A stretch of 64,000 nt of DNA. Origin: Candidatus Latescibacterota bacterium (GTDB lineage Bacteria > Latescibacterota > UBA2968). Below are positions 28,993 to 39,735 of the stretch, in pieces; the stretch's first letter is position 1, and each line of letters starts with the position of its first letter. The stretch is taken from the NCBI GenBank assembly GCA_965205975.1, contig OZ242195.1, positions 1,120,001 to 1,184,000 on the forward strand, in the 5' to 3' direction. The notes beneath the pieces were generated by a model. It was not told the DNA's origin. It did no database searches and saw only the letters and a list, made by a program, of their open reading frames with translations. Made by a program: the position numbers and the translations under genes.

Positions 28993-31032
28993 ATGAAGAA
29001 AGTCGGTCTATGTATGATGAGCCTGTTGTTTGTGCTGTGTGTAGATGTGCTGGCACAGGGCACATATCTATCACAACCAGTGCTTGATACTCGGATTGCA
29101 GAGATTCTGCATCTGGATGGACTCCGTTTTAAGGATCTCAACAAGAATGGCAGGGTGGATTTGTATGAAGACTGGCGTCAGCCTGTTGAGAGACGAGTGG
29201 AGAATCTACTGTCGCACATGACACTGGAAGAGAAGGCAGGAATGCTGCTCATCAATACGCTGAATGCAGAGGCCGGGGGACGACTCTCTGATCGCGCCGT
29301 TCAGTTTGTAGAAACCGAAAAAATGACGCGCTTTATCTTTCGCAATACTGTGACAGCAACTCCACCCCAACAGACGGGAAGCCGTTGGCGTGGAGCTCAA
29401 ATTACCCCTTATGAAGCAGCGCAATTTATGAATGCGATGCAGGAGCTTTCTGAGGCTACACGTCTGGGGGTTCCCGCTCTGTTCAAATCCAACGCCAGAA
29501 ATCACTATGAACACGATGCCAGGGCGGGCATCAGCGTGTCGGCGGGGTCTTTTTCTGAGTGGCCAAAAGAAGCAGGTCTGGCAGCGACCCGGGATATGGA
29601 TCTGATTGCGGAATTTGCTCAGATCATGGCAAGGGAGTGGACGTCAATTGGTTTGCGGGCGATGTATGGGTATATGGCAGATCTGGCTACGGAACCCCGC
29701 TGGTATCGGATTCACGAGACGTTTACAGAAGATGCAGATCTGGCCGCCGAAATTATGACTGTGCTGGTGAAGAACCTGCAGGGTGAGAGTTTGAATTCAA
29801 AAAGTGTTGCGCTGACAATGAAGCACTTTCCCGGCGGCGGTCCTCAGGAAGGCGGGGGTGATCCTCACTACGATTTTGGCAAGAATCAGGTTTATCCTGC
29901 AAAAAAATTCGATTATCACTGGAAACCGTTTAAGGCCGCTATAGATGCAGGGGTGTCGTCGATTATGCCTTATTACGGCGTTCCGATCAGCCAGCCATAT
30001 TTTCCCAATGATGTGGGGATGGCTTTTTCAAAGGGAATTCTAACTGAGTTGCTGCGAAACAAGCTCGGATTTAAAGGATATATCAATTCCGATACAGGCA
30101 TTATTGGTGATCGCGCATGGGGTTTGGAAGACAAGAGCATTGATGAGCAGATTGTCATTGCAATAGAGGCTGGAACCGACGTACTGTCGGGTTTTAACAA
30201 TAACAGACAGATTTTGAATCTGGTGACTGGCGGAAAGCTTTCTGAAGAGCGAGTTGATCTGTCTGTACGCAGGCTCTTAAGAGAACAATTTCAATTGGGT
30301 CTTTTTGAGAATCCCTACGTGAATCCAGATCGTGCAGCCTATCTGGTCGGCAATCGAGCATTTCAGAAGAAGGCGGAGATTGCACAGCGCAAATCCATTG
30401 TTTTATTGCAATACAAAGCAGGTGTGTTGCCCTTAATGGCTCAGAGTGAGACCGATTCGATTCAAATTTATACGATGGGTATGAATCCGGAGGTAGTGGA
30501 GGGCGCTCAATGGTCGGGTTATACTGTTGTGGCAGGAGATTATGATCCCGACAAGAATGAGATGCGTCCTGCTGTACCAGAAGGTACAGACTATGCGATT
30601 TTGCGGGTTGTTGTTTCTAACTCGCGTTCACGGGAAAGGCGTTTTGGCGGGGCCAGTCCAGATGAACTGGATTTGCTGGCGTTCTCTGATATGGCAAAGG
30701 CCAAATCCTGGTCTATTTCGCCTTCTCTCACGGATATTCAGGGTGTTATGAAGGAAGTGGGGGCCGATAAGACCATTCTATCAATTCGTTTTCGACAACC
30801 CTATGTGCTGGATGAGGCCAGTGGATTGAGAACTGCTGGTGCGATTCTGGCGACTTTTGGTGTAAGTGATGCAGCCCTTATGGATATTCTGACCGGCAAG
30901 TTTAGACCCCAGGGGAAATTGCCTTTTGCTCTGGCTGCCAATGCAAAAGCGATTGTGGAGCAGAATCCCGATTCTCATGGATATGGTGAAGCAGACACGC
31001 TGTTTCCGTTTGGGCATGGTTTGAGTTATTAG
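28993..31032 (+). CDS. glycoside hydrolase family 3, secreted beta-glucosidase-like
   Basis: Signal peptide; MTLEEKAG, KHFPGGG, IMPYY, FKGYINSD, GKLPF, FPFGHGLSY. Confidence 0.93.
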   Translation: MKKVGLCMMSLLFVLCVDVLAQGTYLSQPVLDTRIAEILHLDGLRFKDLNKNGRVDLYEDWRQPVERRVENLLSHMTLEEKAGMLLINTLNAEAGGRLSDRAVQFVETEKMTRFIFRNTVTATPPQQTGSRWRGAQITPYEAAQFMNAMQELSEATRLGVPALFKSNARNHYEHDARAGISVSAGSFSEWPKEAGLAATRDMDLIAEFAQIMAREWTSIGLRAMYGYMADLATEPRWYRIHETFTEDADLAAEIMTVLVKNLQGESLNSKSVALTMKHFPGGGPQEGGGDPHYDFGKNQVYPAKKFDYHWKPFKAAIDAGVSSIMPYYGVPISQPYFPNDVGMAFSKGILTELLRNKLGFKGYINSDTGIIGDRAWGLEDKSIDEQIVIAIEAGTDVLSGFNNNRQILNLVTGGKLSEERVDLSVRRLLREQFQLGLFENPYVNPDRAAYLVGNRAFQKKAEIAQRKSIVLLQYKAGVLPLMAQSETDSIQIYTMGMNPEVVEGAQWSGYTVVAGDYDPDKNEMRPAVPEGTDYAILRVVVSNSRSRERRFGGASPDELDLLAFSDMAKAKSWSISPSLTDIQGVMKEVGADKTILSIRFRQPYVLDEASGLRTAGAILATFGVSDAALMDILTGKFRPQGKLPFALAANAKAIVEQNPDSHGYGEADTLFPFGHGLSY

Positions 31033-31072
31033 TTCAAGATGGTTTTATGTTAAAAGAAGGCTGTGTAGCGAT

Positions 31073-32398
31073 ATGAATTACGACTACATCATAATTGGCG
31101 CGGGGTCGGCAGGGTGTGCTGTTGCGGGTCGTTTGAGTGAAAGTGGGCAGTATCGCGTTTTATTGTTGGAAGCCGGTGGACCGGATGACCGGGACGCAAT
31201 TCACATTCCTGCGCGATTTCCAGATCTGTTTCATACGGATAAAGATTGGGATTATGAAACCACACCGCAAGCCGGATTTAATGGGCGGCGGGATTATGTG
31301 CCGCGCGGCAAAATGTATGGCGGTTCGAGTTCTATCAATGCGATGGTCTATCAGCGAGGTCATCCGAGCAATTACGATCAGTGGGCTGCGATAGGGAATG
31401 ACGGCTGGGCGTATGTCGATGTGCTGCCCTATTTCAAGAAGATGCAGCACCAGACGCGGGGAGGCTCTGAATATCACGGGACGGGAGGCCCGATTCATGT
31501 ATCAGACTCTCGGGATCCAAATCCATTGAGTGTGGCTTTTGTCGAAGCGGCCCAGCAGGTAGGGTTCCGGCTGAATCGAGACTTCAATGATGGGGATCAG
31601 GAAGGGTTTGGCCTGTATCAGGTCACACAGAAACATCTCAATGAACTGGGTATTCCGGTTGTGAAGGCATTGCCTGGTGTGGGACAAAATTTGATGGAGC
31701 ACGTTCAGGTTGGGATGGCGTATGCCTGTACTGAGGAGATTACGCAGGCTGGCAAAGATAATCCTGAGCAAGCGATCAGATATCAGAATGAAAGAATGGG
31801 ATTGCTCACTTCCAATTTGGGGGAAGCGGGCGGGTTTGTGAAATTGTCTGCCGATGCGTCCGCGCCAGAATTGCAATTTCATTTTGGACCTGATTGGTTT
31901 GTTTTGCACGGGTCTCAAGAGATGGAAGGACATGGATTCACAATTCTGCCGGGGCTGGTGGGGACAAAAAGTGTGGGAGACCTTAAGCTGCGTTCGGCAG
32001 ATCCGTTTGAAGCGCCATTGATCGATCCCCAATGCCTGGTTGACGAGGCCGACGTGCACGTGATGCTGGAAGGTGTTAAACTGGCGCGAGAAATTGTACA
32101 TGCACAAGCTTTTGACCGATATCGCGGGCGAGAGTTTTTCCCGGGGGATGATGTGCAGGATGATCAGGCATTGGTTGACTTTATTCGCAATTATTCAACG
32201 ACTATTTACCATCCGGTGGGTACGTGTAAGATGGGCAACGATGATATGGCTGTGGTGAATAATCGACTTCAGGTACACGGAATTGAGGGATTGCGCGTAG
32301 CTGATGCTTCGATTATGCCATTTATTATCAATGCAAATACCAACGCGCCGTGCATGATGATTGGAGAGAAAGCCGCAGATATGATTCTGCGTGGCTAA
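31073..32398 (+). pseudogene. GMC (choline dehydrogenase-like) oxidoreductase with an in-frame internal deletion
   Basis: GAGSAG, GGSSSINAMVY, YHPVGTCKMG, NANTNAP present; VTQK joins directly to HLNELGIPVV, so the R.S..YL..EVILSAG..SPQLL.LSGIG segment is missing. Confidence 0.8.
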
Positions 32399-32432
32399 AA
32401 ATTGGCTACACACTTTGGAAAGGACCCTTTGT

Positions 32433-33923
32433 ATGGCAGAGAAACCCAATGTGATCGTAATTTTTACAGATGATCAGGGATATGGTGACGCGAGTTGCCT
32501 GAATCCAGATGCGAAGTTTCCAACGCCAAATCTGGATCGGTTGGCAGCAGAAGGGATCGCTTTTACCAATGGGCATTGCTCAGATACGGTTTGCACCCCT
32601 TCGCGTTATGGATTGCTGACTGGACGCTATTCCTGGCGGACGTTGAAGAAACAGGGCGTTTTTCCCGCCGAAGTGCCGTGTCTGATTACAGACGAACGTA
32701 TGACGCTGGCTTCAATGTTCGGGGCAAATGGATATGATACGGCGATGGTGGGCAAGTGGCATCTGGGTATGAATTTCCCTGGCGAGGTGGGCAATCGCGA
32801 TTGGAGTCAGCCTGTTACCGATATGCCGCTGGATAAGGGATTTGATTATTTCTATGGCATACCCGCTTCGCTCAATTATGGAATTCTCGCCTGGTTTGAA
32901 GGGCGATATGCCAGAGTACCGCCGACAGTTTACACGGCTAAGAAGCCCAATAGCCGGCATATGGATTATCGCATCATGCCACCATATCAGAACACGCCAG
33001 AAGAGACGCTTGAAGCATTGGGCACAAGGGGGATGGAGGTTGCGCCTGATTTTATTGACAATGAGTGTTTGACGCGGTTTACCGATAAGGCAATTGCGTG
33101 GATGCAGGGCAAAGAAGCAAGTGCCAAAAGTGGTAAGCCATTTTTTTTGTACCTGCCATTTACATCGCCGCACTATCCTGTGTGCCCGCGTGAGGAATTT
33201 TGGAATCAAGGCGATTGCGGTGGCTATGGTGAGTTTATGATTGAGACAGATCACCATGTAGGGCGCGTGCTGGATTATCTGGAACAGTCGGGATTGGATG
33301 ATAATACTATTGTTGTATATACCAGTGATAATGGCCCTGAGAATTCGTGGCGTAGAAGGATTGAAGAATTTGGTCATCATAGCAATGGGATTTATCGCGG
33401 AGGTAAAAGGGATATTTACGAAGGTGGACATCGCGTGCCATTTTTTATGCGGTGGCCCAAAGGCATTCAGAATCCCGGGCGCGAATGTGATGATCTGGTA
33501 GGTCTGATCGATTTGATGGCGACTTTTGCTGAGGTTGTCGGTGCGGAGTTGCCTGCTGATGCGGGCGAAGATAGCCAGAGTTTTGCGAAGATACTCAGTG
33601 ATTCTGACACACCCCACGAACGATTGTCTTTGATTAACCACGGTGCTGGAGGACGGTTTGCGATTACAGAAGGCACGTGGAAGTTGATTATGGCGCACAA
33701 GGATGAGCCGTTGGAGCTTTACGATCTCGCGAATGATCCCGGCGAGACAAAAAACGCGATTGGCGATCATCCTGAGATTGTAGCAGATTTGACCGATAAA
33801 ATTACAAGCATTGTGTGCAATGGGCGTACGACCTCTGGAGAGAATCAGGCGAACGATACCGATTACTGGAATGATTTGACGTGGATTTCATCTGAAGATT
33901 ATCAGGAAAGGCAACTAAAATGA
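32433..33923 (+). CDS. arylsulfatase A-like sulfatase
   Basis: DDQGYGD, CTPSRYGLLTG, GKWHLG, TSDNG, YEGGHRVP. Confidence 0.93.
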   Translation: MAEKPNVIVIFTDDQGYGDASCLNPDAKFPTPNLDRLAAEGIAFTNGHCSDTVCTPSRYGLLTGRYSWRTLKKQGVFPAEVPCLITDERMTLASMFGANGYDTAMVGKWHLGMNFPGEVGNRDWSQPVTDMPLDKGFDYFYGIPASLNYGILAWFEGRYARVPPTVYTAKKPNSRHMDYRIMPPYQNTPEETLEALGTRGMEVAPDFIDNECLTRFTDKAIAWMQGKEASAKSGKPFFLYLPFTSPHYPVCPREEFWNQGDCGGYGEFMIETDHHVGRVLDYLEQSGLDDNTIVVYTSDNGPENSWRRRIEEFGHHSNGIYRGGKRDIYEGGHRVPFFMRWPKGIQNPGRECDDLVGLIDLMATFAEVVGAELPADAGEDSQSFAKILSDSDTPHERLSLINHGAGGRFAITEGTWKLIMAHKDEPLELYDLANDPGETKNAIGDHPEIVADLTDKITSIVCNGRTTSGENQANDTDYWNDLTWISSEDYQERQLK

Positions 33924-35467
33924 GGAATTCTCAACAAACACCGGGGCAGCGTCCCAATATTCTGATTATATGCAGCGATCAGCATCATCCGGCAATGGTG
34001 GGGTATCGGCAGTACCCATTTGTGGAGACGCCCAATCTGGATCGCCTGGGGCGCGAAGGTACACACTTTACGAGAGCGTATGCCAATTGTGCGGTGTGCG
34101 GTCCCAGTCGCATGAGTTTTATGACGGGGAAGTACGTTCACCAGATTGATAGCTGGTCGAATGGCGTGCCTCTGCCCGATGAAGAAAAACAAAAGACCTG
34201 GGCAGCGCGGCTGGATCAAAATGGTATTGAATCGACTTGCATAGGCAAAATCGACTCCGCTGGCTCTGTTGATGATCACAACCCTGGATTTACGCATTTT
34301 GACGAACCTATTCACCGAACAGCATGGGACCCCTATCCGAGAGAATTGCCTTTTGACAAACGCCTTCCGGGATGCACGCGGCCAGCCAGTCGGCGATTTT
34401 TGCTCGAAGCGGGTGGGGGAGATGTCGCTAAGGTTGATGACCGGCAGGAGTTGGGATTCTATGGTCACGACCGCGAGGTGACGGATAAGACATTGGCGTA
34501 TTTGCGGGAAAAAGGGCAGGATAAATCGGATTCGCCCTGGGTGCTGTATGTCGGCTATCTGTATCCCCATTGGCCGTATCGCGTACCTCAGAAATATTTC
34601 GATATGTACTATCCCGATCGCGTTTTGATGCCTCACGATGCAAAGTTTCCAAATCTCGATATTCATCCCGCGATGCAGGAGTGGCAAGCCTCTAATGTAT
34701 TTGGGGAAGTGACAGAGGATATGCTGCGCCGGACGATTGCCGCTTATTGCGGTATGATCACCTGTATGGATGATATGATCGGCGAGGTTTTCGATGAGTT
34801 GCAGGACCAGGGGCTGTATGAAAACACATATATCATCTACACATCAGATCATGGAGAATCCATGGGTGAACACGGGCTTTTTTTTAAGCACTGTTCTTAT
34901 GAAGGGGCTATTGGGGTTCCTCTTGTGATCACAGGACCGGGTATTCCTGAGGGAGAGGTCAATACCGACACGCCCGTTTCTCTGGTTGATCTCTATCCCA
35001 CCATTTTGGACATGGCGGGGTTGGATCCCGAACCTGGTCTGCCTGGCGCAAGCTGGTTGCCACTTGTGAAGGGTGAACCACACAAACGGTCTGAGCGCGT
35101 TTTTGCAGAATGGCATGGTCCGCAACTTCGAGGCGCGTATTACATGATTGTGCGGGGAGATTACAAATACACCTGGTATGAATTTCATCCGCCCTCGTTA
35201 TTCAATGTGAAGGAAGACCCGAAGGAAGAGCGCGATCTCGCATCGGATATTGAACAGGCTGACAGGCTCAGGGCATTTGAAGAGGAGTTGCGTTCCATAG
35301 TCGATCCGAAGGCGACGGCTCTGCGCGCCAAGCGAGATTTGGGGCTGATTGCTCCAGATGGCACGGATATGACCGATAGTCTGATACCCTGGGCGGGATT
35401 TGAAGACGGGACAGTTGGGAAAGTTATGCGTGCCGACAGTGCGCGGCGCAGGAGGAAAAAGATATGA
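33920..35467 (+). CDS. sulfatase, choline-sulfatase-like
   Basis: PNILIICSDQH, CGPSRMSFMTG, TSDHGE. Confidence 0.92.
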   Translation: MRNSQQTPGQRPNILIICSDQHHPAMVGYRQYPFVETPNLDRLGREGTHFTRAYANCAVCGPSRMSFMTGKYVHQIDSWSNGVPLPDEEKQKTWAARLDQNGIESTCIGKIDSAGSVDDHNPGFTHFDEPIHRTAWDPYPRELPFDKRLPGCTRPASRRFLLEAGGGDVAKVDDRQELGFYGHDREVTDKTLAYLREKGQDKSDSPWVLYVGYLYPHWPYRVPQKYFDMYYPDRVLMPHDAKFPNLDIHPAMQEWQASNVFGEVTEDMLRRTIAAYCGMITCMDDMIGEVFDELQDQGLYENTYIIYTSDHGESMGEHGLFFKHCSYEGAIGVPLVITGPGIPEGEVNTDTPVSLVDLYPTILDMAGLDPEPGLPGASWLPLVKGEPHKRSERVFAEWHGPQLRGAYYMIVRGDYKYTWYEFHPPSLFNVKEDPKEERDLASDIEQADRLRAFEEELRSIVDPKATALRAKRDLGLIAPDGTDMTDSLIPWAGFEDGTVGKVMRADSARRRRKKI

Positions 35468-38400
35468 CACCTGTAAATAATTCATTGCCCTTTAGACTGG
35501 GTGTGGGGTCTGCATTAAAAGCTGCGGCTCTGGCTTATTCGCAGACTGTTCGCAATGAGCCTGGGCTTTTGGCTTATTGGCGAGTGGGGGAGACTCAGAA
35601 CGCTGATGTCGGCAGAGAGAGTTCGTATGTGGCTTTGGGAATTGTGCCACATCTGGATGAAGATCCAGGGGGCGATGCATCTGTTGAATTCTTTTTTCAA
35701 GTTATTTCCGATGAGCAGTTGGACTATGAGCCCTGTCTTATTTCACATCAGATAGCCCACGGTGAACAGACGCGATTTGCGTTTCATGTGACGCGAGATT
35801 TGAATGCGCTTCGATTTCTCAACGGCACGACAAATACACTGATTTTCCCGCCTGATGGCCCGATAGAAGTGGGGCAGTGGTATCATTTTTTGGCTACGAG
35901 CAAGCCGCGACAGGAATTTCGCGCTTATATCGATGGCGTCGAATGCTTTCTGGATATGGGGTCTCTGGCGTTTGGTGTGCTGCGGCAAGCTGGTCCGATA
36001 CAGATTGGTGCGTCCAGCGCAAGTGGTGAGGATCGGGCTGTAAATTGTGCGATAGACGAGGTAGCTATATACAATGTGGCTCTGACACCGTTGGATATCG
36101 CGCGACACGTTGATGCAGCTGGTCGAGAGACGCTCCGAAAGCGGGTGGTGCATGATCGGGAACAACGGGAGGACGAAGAAAACGAGGTGGCGGCGGAGGC
36201 GCTTAGGGCGCGTCTAAACGATTCCGCTTTGTTCGATCCCGGCGAGACAAAAGTCTATGAAGGGCAATATCTGGATGCGATTTCTCTGCCTGTGGGGGGT
36301 ATTGGTGCGGGTTTGATTCAGGTGAATGGCAAGGCAGAGCGGTCAGTATGGCAAATATTCAATAATTTTGAACATATCGAAGTATCCAATAGCTTTTTTG
36401 CCGTGTGGGCGAGGCCCCGGAGAAAAGAGCCTGTGGTCAGGGCGTTGCAGACTTCGGGTGTTGGCGTATTTCCCGCGATGGATCATCTGAGATTCAGGGG
36501 GGAATTCCCGTTTGGATGGTTTGAGTTCGCAGATGCCGATTTTCCCCTTCGGGTCGAAATGGAGGTTTTTAATCCGCTGATTCCCTTCGATGTGAAATCT
36601 TCGAGTATCCCGTGTGGGATTTTTAATCTGACGGCGAGCAATGAAGGCGATTCCCCTGTAGAAGTCAGTTTTCTGGCTACGCAACAAAATGCGATTGGCA
36701 TCGCGGGAGATGAAACCCAGGAGGATTATGGCGGCAATGTCAACCGGGTGATTCGAGAGGATAATGCGACTTCGATTCATATGACGCACCTGTCGTCACC
36801 GGATGTAGATATGGTGCTGTCGGCACAGGTGGAAAATGCCTGTGCGACAGCTTCGTGGACCGGCTTGCGCGATTTGTATGAAGCGTTTTCACGAGATGGT
36901 GATCTGGAGTATGTCGAAACAGCGGGTCCGTCGGCTACTGGCGAAACGGTCGATTGCGCGCTGGCTACGCCATTTGTGCTTCGACCAGGGGAAAAACGCA
37001 CTATTACCTTTGTTCTCGCCTGGTATTTCCCCAATACCAACCATGGTTCGCGTATATGGGTGAAACACGGCAATATGTATGCAAACTGGTGGACTGATGC
37101 GCTGGATGTTTATGCATATCTCAAGGCTAATCTCGGTGATTTGACACAACAGACGCGGCGCTTTCACGATACGCTCTATGCGTCTAATCTCCCACACTGG
37201 TTGCTGGATCGAATTAGTTCTCAGGTCGCAGTGCTGAGAAGCAAGACGTGTTTTTGGGCAAGAGATGGGTATTTTGGAGCCAATGAAGGTTGTGCACCAA
37301 CTTTGGGTTGTTGCTTGGGGAATTGCAGCCATGTATGGCACTATGCCCAGGCGCATGCGCGTCTTTTTCCCGATATTGCGCGGAGAATGCGCGAGCAGAC
37401 ATTTGCTTTGCAGCGGGAAGATGGGGGATTGCCTTTTCGCCACAGCGATCGCCATTTTGAAATACAAGGTCCGGCAATTGATGGGATGCTCGGCGATATT
37501 TTGAGTACGTATCGCGAGTATCTGTGTAGCTCAGATCAACAGTGGTTACACGCGCATTGGCCCAGCGCGCAGAGGGCGATGGATTTTGTGATTGCGCGTT
37601 GGGATTCAGATGAAGACGGTTTGCTATCAGGTTCGCAACACAATACGCTCGATGGTGAACTGTCGGGATCAACATCGTGGATGGGGACGCTTTATCTGTC
37701 GGCTCTTGCGGCGTGTGAAAAGATGGCGGTATTGGAAGATGATGCGCAGTCCGTTGACCGATATCGCAGGTTGCGCGAAAAGGGAACGCGAAACCAGAAT
37801 CAGACGCTCTGGAATGGCGAGTATTACGTGCAGAGTCCCGACGAGGATGCCCATGAAGACTACGGAGATGGTTGCCATATCGATCAGGTGCTGGGTGAGT
37901 GGTGGGCACCGCTGGTGAATTTGCCGGGGCACTATCCCGAGGAAAATGTCCGTTCGGCACTGCGGTCGCTTTTACAGTACAATTTCAAGCATCATTTTCG
38001 GACGACGACACAGAGGCCGAGAAAATTTGTCGATAATGACGATGCAGCTATGAAGATGATTTCCTGGCCAAAAGGTCCTCAGCCATTCCGCAGTATGAAA
38101 TACGGCGACGAGGCGATGACGGGTTTTGAGTATGGCGCTGCTGCAACGATGGTTCAGTTTGGAATGCTCAGGGAAGGCCTGATGGTTGCCCGCGCTGTTT
38201 ACGATCGCTACGATGGCAAGCTGCGCGATCAGTTGACGGAGATGAATACGGCGTCGTGGGGGTATAGCGGAAATCCGTTTGGCGATGATGAATGCGGCAA
38301 ATTTTATGCACGGGCGATGAGTGTGTGGTCATTGTTGCTCGCTTGCCAGGGCTTTGTATATGAAGGTCCCAAAGCGCGAATTGGCTTTGCACCTGTTTGG

Positions 38401-38703
38401 AAACCCGATGATCACGTATCCTTTTTTACCGCAGCCGAAGGATGGGGCCTGTTCAGGCAGCGACGCGATGTAGAAATGCAGGTGATGGAATTAAGTGTTG
38501 AATGGGGGCGTCTGCCCGTTCGGATATTTGAATTTGTATTGCCCGAAGGTCGGCAGGTACAATCGGTTGTTGCTTCCGTCGGTGGGGAGGAGGTGAGTAA
38601 TATCGCCTCATTTAGCGATTCTAAGGTGACTCTGACCATGGAAGAAGAAGTGGTTTTAACTGCTGAAAATAAGATGGTCATTGAGGTGTCGATCAATCGG
38701 TAA
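35464..38703 (+). CDS. LamG-like domain fused to GH116 (GBA2-like) glycosidase
   Basis: N-terminal YWR, GQWYH, IDEVAIYN (LamG); PVGGIGAG, NCSHVWHYAQ, QHNTLD, DQVLG, ECGKFYAR (GH116). Confidence 0.85.
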   Translation: MTPVNNSLPFRLGVGSALKAAALAYSQTVRNEPGLLAYWRVGETQNADVGRESSYVALGIVPHLDEDPGGDASVEFFFQVISDEQLDYEPCLISHQIAHGEQTRFAFHVTRDLNALRFLNGTTNTLIFPPDGPIEVGQWYHFLATSKPRQEFRAYIDGVECFLDMGSLAFGVLRQAGPIQIGASSASGEDRAVNCAIDEVAIYNVALTPLDIARHVDAAGRETLRKRVVHDREQREDEENEVAAEALRARLNDSALFDPGETKVYEGQYLDAISLPVGGIGAGLIQVNGKAERSVWQIFNNFEHIEVSNSFFAVWARPRRKEPVVRALQTSGVGVFPAMDHLRFRGEFPFGWFEFADADFPLRVEMEVFNPLIPFDVKSSSIPCGIFNLTASNEGDSPVEVSFLATQQNAIGIAGDETQEDYGGNVNRVIREDNATSIHMTHLSSPDVDMVLSAQVENACATASWTGLRDLYEAFSRDGDLEYVETAGPSATGETVDCALATPFVLRPGEKRTITFVLAWYFPNTNHGSRIWVKHGNMYANWWTDALDVYAYLKANLGDLTQQTRRFHDTLYASNLPHWLLDRISSQVAVLRSKTCFWARDGYFGANEGCAPTLGCCLGNCSHVWHYAQAHARLFPDIARRMREQTFALQREDGGLPFRHSDRHFEIQGPAIDGMLGDILSTYREYLCSSDQQWLHAHWPSAQRAMDFVIARWDSDEDGLLSGSQHNTLDGELSGSTSWMGTLYLSALAACEKMAVLEDDAQSVDRYRRLREKGTRNQNQTLWNGEYYVQSPDEDAHEDYGDGCHIDQVLGEWWAPLVNLPGHYPEENVRSALRSLLQYNFKHHFRTTTQRPRKFVDNDDAAMKMISWPKGPQPFRSMKYGDEAMTGFEYGAAATMVQFGMLREGLMVARAVYDRYDGKLRDQLTEMNTASWGYSGNPFGDDECGKFYARAMSVWSLLLACQGFVYEGPKARIGFAPVWKPDDHVSFFTAAEGWGLFRQRRDVEMQVMELSVEWGRLPVRIFEFVLPEGRQVQSVVASVGGEEVSNIASFSDSKVTLTMEEEVVLTAENKMVIEVSINR

Positions 38704-38732
38704 AACCTGAGAAAAAAAGAAAGGATTAAGGC

Positions 38733-39539
38733 ATGAACCAACCCTTGCAGTTGAAGAGATATTTTTGGGACGCAGTTGTTGCAACCATGTTCTGCTCGTT
38801 GGTTACCACATCAGAAACAGATGCACAACCCGATGGCAATGAATGGGTTGAACGTTACGAACCTCACGTTTTCAACGATATGCCATATCGGCTGTTGGAG
38901 CCTATAGATTTTGATGCGGACAAGCGCTACCCTGTTATCGTTTCATTGCATGGCGGCGGTGGCCGGGGGACGGATAATCGAAAACAATTGCGTGGCTGGA
39001 ATAGACTTCTTGCAGACGAGCAGAGGCGAACAGATTATCCGTCTTATGTGCTCGCTCCTCAAGTCAGTCGTTTGTGGAATGCAGAAGACCTTCAAAAGAT
39101 CAAGGATCTCATTGCAACATTGCCGTCCGTTGATATGGATAGAATATACATTCTCGGGCACTCCATGGGAGGGCACGGTACCCATGTATTTTTACAAATT
39201 GATCCTCATTATTTCGCAGCGGCAGTACCTTCGGCTGGAACGGGTTTGCCTCAGACAGAAGAATTTATCGATGCGTCAGTGATTAAAGATGTTCCGATAT
39301 GGGCTTTCCATGGGGATCAGGATAAGGTCTGTCCATTCGAACGCGCTCAAAAACTTTTTGAGGAGATGAAGAAATCAGGTGGGAATATGAAGTTCACGAT
39401 CTGGGCTGGTGATGGACATGGTGTTGCCATGAAAATGATTACTGGTGCCGACAATGGCAACACCCAATTCAGCAGCGATCGCTGTGATCCCGAGCCGGTG
39501 TTTATGAAATGGCTTTTTGCACAGAAACGCACGCTGTGA
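38733..39539 (+). CDS. secreted alpha/beta hydrolase (esterase/peptidase-like)
   Basis: YPVIVSLHGGG, GHSMGG, WAFHGDQD. Confidence 0.85.
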   Translation: MNQPLQLKRYFWDAVVATMFCSLVTTSETDAQPDGNEWVERYEPHVFNDMPYRLLEPIDFDADKRYPVIVSLHGGGGRGTDNRKQLRGWNRLLADEQRRTDYPSYVLAPQVSRLWNAEDLQKIKDLIATLPSVDMDRIYILGHSMGGHGTHVFLQIDPHYFAAAVPSAGTGLPQTEEFIDASVIKDVPIWAFHGDQDKVCPFERAQKLFEEMKKSGGNMKFTIWAGDGHGVAMKMITGADNGNTQFSSDRCDPEPVFMKWLFAQKRTL

Positions 39540-39735
39540 GTAGATTTTTTCGCACTCGATGAAGAATAGCATGTTCATATCTCGGAATGTAAATTGAACA
39601 TTTTGTAGCAAATGGCGGTATGGATTTTTTGTCATTTAATTCATAAATATATATAAATAAAAGATTTGTAAAATATCCTGGTCAACGGCACCGATTTTGC
39701 CTGATGTTGTGGAAACAATATCAGGGAGATAGTAT

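Noticed and set aside
32712..33770. 352-aa antisense ORF
   Set aside because: Shadow of the arylsulfatase; no recognisable protein features
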